A DNA stretch of 64,000 bases from Candidatus Terraquivivens tengchongensis (lineage in GTDB: Archaea > Thermoproteota > Nitrososphaeria_A > Caldarchaeales > Wolframiiraptoraceae): contig JALNJZ010000002.1 of the NCBI GenBank assembly GCA_023261845.1, positions 1 through 64,000 of the forward strand. The letters are read 5' to 3'. The notes under the pieces are model-generated. The model was not told the origin of the DNA. It saw only the letters and a list, made by a program, of their open reading frames with translations, and searched no databases. Shown in pieces: positions 19,916 through 28,579 of the stretch. Positions within the stretch are counted from its first letter, which is position 1. Every line of letters begins with the position of its first letter. The translations under genes and the position numbers were made by a program.

Positions 19916-21364
19916 TTAAACGATGATTTCATGAGATTTTGGGGGATCTATAACTTTGGAGCCTATTCCTTGCTTTTCAAGCAGCCCTTTAAACATTTCA
20001 GGATGTTCTGTGTGTACAGGGATCACCATCTTTGGTGACATCCTTTCAATCGTGCCGATTATCTCACCTTGTGATGCATGACCTGAGGCGTGTACATGCA
20101 CAGGTCGCATACCAAGAAGTTCTAACCAATTGATTACCTTCTCCCGCTCTATTTCTTGCTCTTCATTGTGGGGCTCGCTGGATGAAAATAGAAATATCGA
20201 GCCTGGCTCTGGTCTGATCGAGACAAGCTCAGGCAAATCCTCACTTTGGCATAACGTCAGGATGTACCTGTCTTTCTGCTTAGCCAATTCTTCTGGAGTT
20301 ACGAGGTGCACACCAACATCTTGACATTCTTCTAAGAACTTTCTCAACCAGCCGCGGTAATTTTTTTCAGGTTCGTATCCGCCAGAGCCGCTCGGTTCTA
20401 AGTAAACTGATAGCATATCGTTTGTGAGTTTTGGTACTTGGATGTTTGTTGCTCTTTTTTCGAGACAGTTGATGACGTAGGCTAACTTTGGTGAGAGTGC
20501 TAACTTTCTGTCCGCATATTCGGCAGCGGAAATCAGACTTTTTAGTCTGTCAAAGTCGAGAAGACCTATTAGAGCTACTGCGGCCTTTCCTTGAGTGTCC
20601 TTCAAAGAGTTCTTCATGCTGAGCAGAACACTTTCTTCAGAATGGATTGAAGGGTCGCTTATCCTTGTACCCTCAATTATCAGCACATCTACATCATCCG
20701 CTGATGCATGCTCTATGAAGTCCTCGGTCATTTTACGCATAGGACCGTGTAAGCGGAAATCGCTGGTATACACAACACGAACGTTATCCAACTCGAGTAT
20801 GAGTCCGTAGGACGAGGGGGTCGAGTGGTCCACATGTATAGGGGTCACATTTATGTTTTCTATATTGAGTTTCTTACCAGTTGAAAACGTCTCCATCTGC
20901 CTTTTGAATATCCTTCCATCTCTGTAATCCTTTACCTTGATTATCTGATCTTCTGGTTCTTTGCTTGTCTTAGTTTCTTCCCTTGCCTCCAGCAAAATGG
21001 CTGCTGTTGCTCCAACGTAGAATTTGATATCTGGTCTAAGCAATGAGATGTGTCCACAATGGTCTAGGTGGGCATGCGTGATTATACATGCATCAACAGA
21101 TGGAACGTCGCTCCTCAAGTGATTTAGGTTTCCAAGCAAATCTTCCCGGTATATGCCGGGTAGCTCTGGAAGCATTCCCGTTAAGATATATTCTTCAAGT
21201 ATCCTGAACCTCTTCGCCTTAATAAAACCACCATAAAACTTCCTCTTCGTCGTAAAGCTCGTACCAAAGTCTAGGAAAACTTTTGTCTCATTCGTACTCA
21301 CAAGTATCTTATTGCCGCCTATCTCACCAGCTCCACCATGAACCTTTATGCTAACCAAGGCCAT
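19916..21364 (-). CDS. MBL-fold beta-CASP nuclease (RNase J-like)
   Basis: GEIGGNKI, THAHLDH, DFRLHG, HASGH, PVHTEH. Confidence 0.85.
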   Translation of the reverse strand: MALVSIKVHGGAGEIGGNKILVSTNETKVFLDFGTSFTTKRKFYGGFIKAKRFRILEEYILTGMLPELPGIYREDLLGNLNHLRSDVPSVDACIITHAHLDHCGHISLLRPDIKFYVGATAAILLEAREETKTSKEPEDQIIKVKDYRDGRIFKRQMETFSTGKKLNIENINVTPIHVDHSTPSSYGLILELDNVRVVYTSDFRLHGPMRKMTEDFIEHASADDVDVLIIEGTRISDPSIHSEESVLLSMKNSLKDTQGKAAVALIGLLDFDRLKSLISAAEYADRKLALSPKLAYVINCLEKRATNIQVPKLTNDMLSVYLEPSGSGGYEPEKNYRGWLRKFLEECQDVGVHLVTPEELAKQKDRYILTLCQSEDLPELVSIRPEPGSIFLFSSSEPHNEEQEIEREKVINWLELLGMRPVHVHASGHASQGEIIGTIERMSPKMVIPVHTEHPEMFKGLLEKQGIGSKVIDPPKSHEIIV

Positions 21365-21407
21365 TTAAAACGGGGAGGCAATAATAATTATTTTTTGAGT
21401 CGTTATG

Positions 21408-21666
21408 TTACTCGCTGATCACAAGCATCGTGAGCGTGCTCCTGACCTTATCCAACCTTCTTATCTTCCATGAGACTATTTCCTTAAGCTTGTCCATACT
21501 ATCTGCTTCAACCTTTACTATTACGTCATAAACACCATATACAATAAACACTTCCTTAACCGCGTCTATCTTTCTCAGCTCATTAACCACTTCTTCTTCA
21601 GAACCTTTTGAGCCCCTTATTTTATCGGGGTATCTCAGTGTTCACCAATACAAATGCTTTTGGCAT
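21408..21666 (-). CDS. Stand-alone Lrp/AsnC RAM-domain protein, 77 aa after removal of a 25-nt intron (exons 21666-21632 and 21606-21408)
   Basis: Spliced product MPKAFVLVNTEIGSEEEVVNELRKIDAVKEVFIVYGVYDVIVKVEAD...VRSTLTMLVISE is a complete RAM domain; 35+199=234 nt, in frame. Confidence 0.88.
21607..21631 (-). other. Bulge-helix-bulge intron in an mRNA (25 nt)
   Basis: GAACAC-UGAG-[AU^A]-CCCC-loop-GGGG-CUCA-[AA^A]-GGUUC; contains an in-frame UAA. Confidence 0.85.
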
Positions 21667-21711
21667 ATTTGCTCACGTTATATTTTTTAGTTTTGATGTT
21701 TATAAACGTTT

Positions 21712-22449
21712 TCAAAGCAAGCCGCATGAAGGGCACTCAGGATTCCTTTCGACCTTTACCTCGTAAAACATCATCTCAAGAGCGTCGTATATTAACATCC
21801 TTCCAACGTAGAGCTTTCCTATACCGAGTACGATTTTAATCGCTTCTGTAGCCTGTAACGTAGAGATTGTTCCTGGAACCGTGCCGAGGACTGGGAAACC
21901 CCCTTCTTCTGGTGGCGGTACGGGCACGATGCACCTATAGCACGGCCCTTTGCCCGGTAAAATCGTCATCAGCCTACCCTCATACGCATGCACGGAGGCA
22001 TGAACGAACGGTATTCTCTGAATAATACATGCATCATTTAACGCGTATCTAGTCTTGTAATTATCTTGACCGTCCACCACGACGTTGCATCCTTTTATAA
22101 TCTCGGACACATTCTCCTCGTTTATCTCAACCATTAGAGCCTCTATCGATATCTCAGGGTTTAAGGAGCTCAACCTCTCAGCCGCGACCTTTGCTTTTGG
22201 TTTTCCTAAATCGTTTGTAGTGTACAAAATTTGACGGTTTAGGTTACTGAGCTCGACAACTTCTTTGTCAACCAGCATAAGTCTACCTACACCCGCTGCT
22301 GCCAAGTAAAGAGCCGCTGCGGTGCCGAGGCCTCCAACCCCCGCGACAAGAACCTTCGCGGTCTTCAGTTTCCTTTGACCTTCCACACCGAAGTTAGGTA
22401 ACCTAATTTGTCTGTCGTACCTTTCCAACTCCCTTTCTGTAAACACCAT
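21712..22449 (-). CDS. MoeB/ThiF (E1-like, UbaA) adenylyltransferase
   Basis: RYDRQI, GVGGLG, SNLNRQ, CYRC...CPSC. Confidence 0.92.
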   Translation of the reverse strand: MVFTERELERYDRQIRLPNFGVEGQRKLKTAKVLVAGVGGLGTAAALYLAAAGVGRLMLVDKEVVELSNLNRQILYTTNDLGKPKAKVAAERLSSLNPEISIEALMVEINEENVSEIIKGCNVVVDGQDNYKTRYALNDACIIQRIPFVHASVHAYEGRLMTILPGKGPCYRCIVPVPPPEEGGFPVLGTVPGTISTLQATEAIKIVLGIGKLYVGRMLIYDALEMMFYEVKVERNPECPSCGLL

Positions 22450-22496
22450 ACCAGACCCTTTACGCTTGCTTTAAATATACTTTAATACAACTGCGT

Positions 22497-22922
22497 GTGA
22501 AGGTGCCAACGGTTTTGCAGGAATTAAAAGGGAAGCATGCGAGCTTTCTTAAGAAACAGAGGGTCGGAAGATTAGGAACGATATCTGAAGATGGGACAGT
22601 CCATTTAGTTCCCGTATGCTATGCGTTCGATGGTAAAGCAATATACATAGGTACTGATGCTAACTCTAAAAAGGTTAAGAACTTAAAGAGGAATCCATCA
22701 GCTACGCTACTCGTTGACGTATACTATGAAAATTGGAATCGGCTAAAAAGCCTCATGATCCAAGGCATGGCTGAAATTTACGAAGGTGGTGAAGAGTTTG
22801 CATATGGAAGACGCCTACTTTATAGGAAGTACAAACAATACAAAAAGACGGTTCCCATAGAAGAGGGCGAATCCGTCATAATAAAGCTCGTACCTAAGAA
22901 AGTTATAGCATCGAACGTATGA
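22497..22922 (+). CDS. Pyridoxamine 5'-phosphate oxidase-like (PPOX class) flavin/F420-binding protein
   Basis: RVGRLGT..DG.VHLVPVCYA, KVKNLKRNP. Confidence 0.82.
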   Translation: MKVPTVLQELKGKHASFLKKQRVGRLGTISEDGTVHLVPVCYAFDGKAIYIGTDANSKKVKNLKRNPSATLLVDVYYENWNRLKSLMIQGMAEIYEGGEEFAYGRRLLYRKYKQYKKTVPIEEGESVIIKLVPKKVIASNV

Positions 22923-22991
22923 AATACAAAACGACGGTAGAGAGTAGATTGAGGTAGTAACAACCAAACTTTATTTTTTAAGCTTAACGAG

Positions 22992-23035
22992 TTAGTTCAG
23001 CATAGAAGAAAAAATTTTCGCGAATGCTGAACTAA
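22992..23035. repeat. Perfect 12-bp inverted repeat between convergent genes (possible terminator hairpin)
   Basis: TTAGTTCAGCAT (22992-23003) / ATGCTGAACTAA (23024-23035). Confidence 0.6.
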
Positions 23036-23129
23036 TTGGGACATTGCGGCTTTTGGTTCCATGTTATTCGGACACATTACCAGCAAGGTTTCCGTGTTTT
23101 GTACACCGAGCGAAGAGTAATTGTTCGCT

Positions 23130-23801
23130 TTAGGTCTGGAGGTTAGCGCTCTTCTCTTTCTGGTACTCAAAGTACGAGTAGACTATCGTATAGACTGCGG
23201 CGAACATTACTAGAGCGATGAATAGGATGATCGCATATTCATGGATTAGCATCCCGAAGATTGTAAATATTCCGATCACCTTGAAAAGCTTCCCTCCGAG
23301 CCTATGTGTCTTCTTCCAGACCCTGTCGCTACTCAATGTCCACGGCGTCCTTATCCCGATAAACCAGTTCCTTTTTGAGTTCGTGCACAAGATCCCGATG
23401 TAAAAGAACAACAACCCGATGCTTATCGATATGGTAACCGTCGGGCTCACCTGCACACCGATGTTCCAAAGCATCACCTGTAGATGTACAGAAAGGAGGA
23501 ATATTGAGAAGAGTATGAGGAAGCCGTCATAGTACTTTCTGAATGCCTCGATGTTCTCCTTCAATGGATCTATTCTTGGTATTGCGATAAGGAGCAGGGC
23601 AATTACAGTAAACACGAAAGGAACAAGGAATAGGCCCCAGAACTTCGGGAGGTAACCGTCAACTTCGCCTTTAATGTTCCAGTGACTGGCGACCTTCTCC
23701 GGAATCCACGGGTATAAACAAACACTAACACAGAACGACAGAACAATTAAAGCTAAGACAATTATCTCACTCTTTCTAATACTCATAGGTTTCCCTCCCA
23801 A
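23130..23801 (-). CDS. sdpI: SdpI family immunity membrane protein (DUF1648 + SdpI)
   Basis: PEKVASHWNIKGEVDGY, NWFIGIRTPWTLSSDRVWKKTHRLGG. Confidence 0.88.
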   Translation of the reverse strand: MGGKPMSIRKSEIIVLALIVLSFCVSVCLYPWIPEKVASHWNIKGEVDGYLPKFWGLFLVPFVFTVIALLLIAIPRIDPLKENIEAFRKYYDGFLILFSIFLLSVHLQVMLWNIGVQVSPTVTISISIGLLFFYIGILCTNSKRNWFIGIRTPWTLSSDRVWKKTHRLGGKLFKVIGIFTIFGMLIHEYAIILFIALVMFAAVYTIVYSYFEYQKEKSANLQT

Positions 23802-23955
23802 ACATCCATTAATAAAATTTGGAGAAAAGACGCCAGTAATTAAATGCTCTCCTCAAAGAGTATGAAATGCACTTTTTTCTATGAACTTGACAAGGTTCTT
23901 CTCATAATTATCTGGGTTAAAACTTGCAGTCAATTATCTTTTCTCTATGTTGTCT

Positions 23956-24792
23956 TCATTTCATCGCTTTGCTCTCCATGGTTCTTGGCTTTAGGTTCTC
24001 GGATTCATGGAAGAAGATGGCTAGAAGATAGAAGAAGATGAACCAGCTGATGAATAGGCTTATGTTCAGGATCAATTCGCTTGTATAAATGGATAGGAAC
24101 GTATAGGCAGTCATTATACCTCCATGTAGTGAAGCTGAAACATAAATGTCTGATGCCTCTCTTAGAGCCCCGGCTAAGCATCCGAAGGCGAATGTTCCTA
24201 GGATGTGTATGGGCATCCACCAAGCTGGCTCCCACCTTGATGTAATCGGGTTCCAGTAATTGACTATATGTATCAGGGCGAAAATTACGGAGGTTAGAAG
24301 TAGACCTATTCCATAATCGACCTTCCAAGCCTTAAAGACAAGTCTCCGCCAGCGCCTATCAAAGACTTCGTTGAACCTAGACTGGACGTAACCCCTAAAA
24401 TAAGCCTCCTCAACAAGCCCGATGAAGATCATGTTGAAGATCACGTTTAGAACTATGCCGAGCGGCGACAGCCCAGCAGGCTTAGCCATGCCCAGAGCCG
24501 CTGACATCCCAATTGAGATCACTGTAGGTAGGATAAATGCCGCTATAAATGCTGAGCTCCACTTCAATGTGAAGCGCGGGCTTCTGGGTAGGAAGCCGTA
24601 AATCCTAAAACTCCTCCTGGATAAGGTGATGGCGAGTAGGGTTATGAATATTATAATAAATTTTGGGAGACCAAAATGCCAGAACATACTACACTTTAAG
24701 TAAACTTCGTAGAACCACAAAACAAAAGTTAGAATTAGTGAGACTAGGCAGACCTCAAGTAAAGCCACATACTGCTTACCTAAGGGGGCCAC
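23956..24792 (-). CDS. CPBP (CAAX/Abi) intramembrane metalloprotease
   Basis: EEAYFRG, FALIH, LHGG motifs, multiple TM helices. Confidence 0.85.
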   Translation of the reverse strand: MAPLGKQYVALLEVCLVSLILTFVLWFYEVYLKCSMFWHFGLPKFIIIFITLLAITLSRRSFRIYGFLPRSPRFTLKWSSAFIAAFILPTVISIGMSAALGMAKPAGLSPLGIVLNVIFNMIFIGLVEEAYFRGYVQSRFNEVFDRRWRRLVFKAWKVDYGIGLLLTSVIFALIHIVNYWNPITSRWEPAWWMPIHILGTFAFGCLAGALREASDIYVSASLHGGIMTAYTFLSIYTSELILNISLFISWFIFFYLLAIFFHESENLKPRTMESKAMK

Positions 24793-24827
24793 ATTAACTA
24801 TATCCTAATTTAATTCTTTTTTCTTTT

Positions 24828-25664
24828 TTAATTTTTCTGTGAGATCTGGACCGTCCCAAAGCCGTTAGCCCTGCTCGCTCCTACACCAAGCGTTCTTGCC
24901 ACCATTAGTATCCTCGCCAATGTTTCCATCCTTTCTTGATCAGAACATAAGACGATGTACTTTGCCCTAAAGTGTAACGCGGGCTCCCTCCTTCCGTCGT
25001 ATAGGACATGCATCACCTTTGCCAGCGACGAGTAGTGTTCTACGAAAGAAGTCTCTAACAATTTAACAGCTTTGTATACGAGGTCCTCTGTAACAGTATA
25101 TGTTTGTTGCGAGATTAAATACGGAACCCATAAAAGTATAGCAGGAGTTATCGTAAATCTTCTTACCTGCTGGGTTGCCACGTATGGTGTTGGTAGAAGG
25201 GCTGGACTGATAGACTTAATAATTACATATTTACCTAAGGCCATGTTGGGGCTTTCTACTGCAACATCTTCAATCGTATACTCAATGACCGTGTTTTCAA
25301 ACTTAAGCCTCGTTCTAATGCCCTGGACCTTATTAAACTTGCTAAATATACGTGAAACGTTATCGGAAGTCGAACCAACCTCAAACGTGTAATTACCGGA
25401 AAGTAAGAGCGGTCTCAGCTCGTAAACGATTTTTCCATTTATACGCTTAGTCTCAAAGAATGGCGTGGTTACAGAACCGTCTTTGATGAGTGGGCTTACC
25501 CTAATAATCTTAAAGAATCCTTTAACTGGTCTGAATACTGTTTGTAGCTCGGGGACCTCGGTTAGTAGGATCGCTTTTGTTACCTTACCTGTATAATTAT
25601 AAATAAAGTCTGTTGATGAAGCGGTAACTTTTACCTTAAGAATCTCAAAACCAGAATCACTCAT
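24828..25664 (-). CDS. cas6: CRISPR endoribonuclease Cas6
   Basis: C-terminal GVGASRANGFG glycine-rich loop; next to cas operon. Confidence 0.85.
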   Translation of the reverse strand: MSDSGFEILKVKVTASSTDFIYNYTGKVTKAILLTEVPELQTVFRPVKGFFKIIRVSPLIKDGSVTTPFFETKRINGKIVYELRPLLLSGNYTFEVGSTSDNVSRIFSKFNKVQGIRTRLKFENTVIEYTIEDVAVESPNMALGKYVIIKSISPALLPTPYVATQQVRRFTITPAILLWVPYLISQQTYTVTEDLVYKAVKLLETSFVEHYSSLAKVMHVLYDGRREPALHFRAKYIVLCSDQERMETLARILMVARTLGVGASRANGFGTVQISQKN

Positions 25665-26218
25665 ACGTCCCCAACCTCTAGTAGCATAGCTAAAGCTTCA
25701 CCTATAAATGCTAAACTATAGCTGTCCGTCCAAACCTTTCGACGAGTCCATGGTTAATCAATGAGGAAAGTGTCTTGTAAAAGTCCATTTTTGAGATCTT
25801 AATCGTCTTAGACAATTCGTTTATACCCACAATTTTCCATTCAGCAAGAAAAAGCAAAGTATTTTTGAAGCGGACCAGATCTACCATCGAGATAGATATA
25901 TCCATACTATGGTATATTCATGCAGGATTTTGATTAAAAGTACGCTAGGCATCCCAGACCCGTAACCATTTCCATATACGCCTCGCCTAGTCTCAGCTTG
26001 TCAAGTAAACGTATTAAGCCGGCGAATCCGCGCCCATCAGGCTTAATACGATGTTCATAAAATCCTGCGCTAATACCGTTACACATAACCCTTAAAATTT
26101 ATATTATCTAAATAGACGCCAGACGCCAATAACAGCAGATCATGACAGGTATGTATTAAAAACCCTTCGCGATTTCTGTTGTCACCCCAAAAGAAATAAC
26201 TGTTAATCATCCTGTCAT
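25661..26218 (-). pseudogene. csa3: Degraded Csa3-like (CARF + wHTH) CRISPR regulator
   Basis: Fragments in shifting frames: MTG*LTVISFGVTTEIAKG, MEMVTGLG, wHTH ORF 25711-25905, out-of-frame tail SYSLAFIGEALAMLL ending in an ATGA overlap with cas6. Confidence 0.6.
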
Positions 26219-26291
26219 GTTGATATTGACATTTTTCTTTTTAGTTTAGACAAAAGATTTTAATTTTTCTATTATACTACGTTAACTAACA

Positions 26292-28055
26292 ATGGTTAGG
26301 AAAGAACTATATAAAGCCGCCTACCAGGTTTTTCATCCTTTTGTCGGCCTGGTCAGCTGGAAAAAGCGTGGCGTTGTGTCAGCCTTTCAGCACTCTTTGA
26401 ACACTGCAGCAATTGCCGGCGGTATTGCCGGCATATTGACTGATGACCAGGATATTGTGGATGTGGCTACGTATTGCGGGCTTTTGCATGATGTATACCA
26501 AAAAGCTGAAGCTACAGATAAGTCGTTAACAAAGGATAAATTCAAAGAAGTTATTTTCCACACATTAGAGAACATAGGTCTTGAAAAAAATCTAAAAAGT
26601 AAGGTACTCGATGGGTGTCAATATAATGTGGCTGAAAACCCTGGAATATGGTTGGACAAGTACAGCATAGCTGCAAAAAGTGTTTGGCTTGCAGACTTCA
26701 TAACCAGCGCTGAAAGTGCTTTTGATATTATTGTAAAGATGCGTGATGAGATGATTAAAGAGAAAATTAAGGAAATTCGTGACCGCTTAAAGTTGTATGT
26801 TGTATCAATGTTTGTCCCACAAGTGATGCTTCGTTCACTAATTTACCAAATGATTATAGAACATGTCCAAAAACAGTTAAGGGAAACCGGTCTGGATAAA
26901 ACTCATGTCCTCTTTATCTTAACCAGAAACGGCCTCCTCATGATTTTGAGAAATGAGTTGAACATAACATGGCCAATAGAGATCGATTACATGAAATTAA
27001 AGAAAAGAATTGGTGCAACCTCTGACGAAATCTCTGATGTTATCAGAAAGGGAAGCAAAACGGAGCCTAAAAAGTGGATCGACATTGGCAAGTTTACAGT
27101 AGACTCGAACAAGACTATAAAGTTAGACAGTTCCATTGAGTCTTCCTTATTTGGTGTAAAGTTGCTTAGCATTGATTATGAAAACGGAGAGAACAGCTGC
27201 ATAATATGTGGGTCCCGTGTTGCTGATCCAATCCGTCCAACAATATACGGGCGACTAAAATATAACGAGGCATCCACAGAAAGATGGTCTCCCAGATACC
27301 CTGGATGCATAAACATGAACGTTCTTCTCCAAAATTGGGAAAGGAATAAGATCTTCATTTGTCCGCTTTGCGTCCTTGAAGCACTCACTCAACGGAAGGT
27401 AGTTATAGGATATGAGCAGAAGTTTAGGAGCGTTGATTATATAATTCAACTTTTTTTCGCTAAACCAACGCACTACGAAGTTGCGCACGATTTATCTGCT
27501 TTAGCCCACAGAATTATAGTAGCAATCGATGGAAAAGAAAAACCTATAGAAACAGAGGAGCTTATTCAAAGACCTTGGAGCATTGTGGAGAGAGTAGGAA
27601 CGGACGAAAAAAGCATGATATTGCTTGACTTTACATGGGCATTACACCTTACACCTATAAGTGGTAGTAAAAAGGAACTTGAAGATTTTGCAGAAATCTT
27701 ACCCGATCTATCTAAAGCCATAATTTCAACAGGAATCTATCCTGCTAAATTTTCACACATCCCAGATCCGACGGTTGAAAGAAGAGTTATAATGCCAGTC
27801 CATCCTTTATACAATTATGACGTAAACGATGATAGGTATGGCCGCCTCATCCCGCTAACGTTATTTATGATGACTTTGCTCCATAAGTTGGATGGTAGTA
27901 TAATACGTAAAGAGAGGATCAGATCTACACTAAAATATCTGGACTATCCCTTCTGGATTGTTGAGGACCTTTTAATGAAGCACAGTGTTGGAAGGGAAGT
28001 ATTGCATGCCTATGACATGTATATCAAAGACCCGTATAGATTCACATTCGAGTAA
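26292..28055 (+). CDS. cas10d: Type I-D large subunit Cas10d (N-terminal HD nuclease), short form
   Basis: QHSLN...GLLHD...LAD HD domain, CIICG...CPLC zinc finger; precedes csc2/csc1 and an HD-less cas3. Confidence 0.75.
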   Translation: MVRKELYKAAYQVFHPFVGLVSWKKRGVVSAFQHSLNTAAIAGGIAGILTDDQDIVDVATYCGLLHDVYQKAEATDKSLTKDKFKEVIFHTLENIGLEKNLKSKVLDGCQYNVAENPGIWLDKYSIAAKSVWLADFITSAESAFDIIVKMRDEMIKEKIKEIRDRLKLYVVSMFVPQVMLRSLIYQMIIEHVQKQLRETGLDKTHVLFILTRNGLLMILRNELNITWPIEIDYMKLKKRIGATSDEISDVIRKGSKTEPKKWIDIGKFTVDSNKTIKLDSSIESSLFGVKLLSIDYENGENSCIICGSRVADPIRPTIYGRLKYNEASTERWSPRYPGCINMNVLLQNWERNKIFICPLCVLEALTQRKVVIGYEQKFRSVDYIIQLFFAKPTHYEVAHDLSALAHRIIVAIDGKEKPIETEELIQRPWSIVERVGTDEKSMILLDFTWALHLTPISGSKKELEDFAEILPDLSKAIISTGIYPAKFSHIPDPTVERRVIMPVHPLYNYDVNDDRYGRLIPLTLFMMTLLHKLDGSIIRKERIRSTLKYLDYPFWIVEDLLMKHSVGREVLHAYDMYIKDPYRFTFE

Positions 28056-28117
28056 AAGATTAAAGGTGACCTTTTCATACATTTATCAATGTGATATAAG
28101 GAGTAAGTGTATGAAAT

Positions 28118-28579
28118 ATGGAAAGGGTTGTAGATGAGAAGGTAAAAAAAGTGTTAGAAGCTATTGATGTAGAGAATGTTGATAACCTAACACGATCTAA
28201 ATGCATAAGAGCCTTGGGAAGACTCTTAGCAGTAAAGGTGCGCGGAGCAAAACCATCTACATATGAGGTTACGAAAGAAGTTAGAAGGGCCCTTAGATTG
28301 CTGTTAAGGAGCCCACTCGGAAAAAATGTCGAAAACGTTATTGAATCAGCAATATTTATGGATGCGCCGTTTGATAGTCCGACCTTAAACGCGACATATA
28401 GGTTATTACTAGAACGTTTGCTAACAGCAACTCTCGATGAAATTAAGGAGCTGACACCGATGTGGAGGATTAGGTTATTAAACCTAATGATAGAGAACAT
28501 TTACAACGTAACAACGACTGAGGGCAGAAGTTATATAGGTAAAATCTTGGAGACTTTGAAGGAGAGTGATGTTGGTTGA
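28118..28579 (+). CDS. Putative small subunit (Cas11d-like), separately encoded
   Basis: 153-aa helical basic protein between cas10d and cas7; positional inference. Confidence 0.6.
   Translation: MERVVDEKVKKVLEAIDVENVDNLTRSKCIRALGRLLAVKVRGAKPSTYEVTKEVRRALRLLLRSPLGKNVENVIESAIFMDAPFDSPTLNATYRLLLERLLTATLDEIKELTPMWRIRLLNLMIENIYNVTTTEGRSYIGKILETLKESDVG

Noticed and set aside
14085-22449. JAMM protease plus E1-like enzyme as a ubiquitin-like system
   Set aside because: They are 7 kb apart, no ubiquitin/SAMP, E2 or E3 gene is present, and both are common housekeeping genes
26228-26251. Minus-strand repeat-like GTCTAAACTAAAAAGAAAAATGTC in the cas promoter (possible CreA/CreR-type mini-array)
   Set aside because: Only 15/24 identity, no handle, no second repeat; an unrelated AT-rich promoter (21684-21707) scores the same
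28056-28117. Gap between cas10d and the small ORF as an intron that would fuse them
   Set aside because: The stem starts after the stop codon and has no BHB geometry
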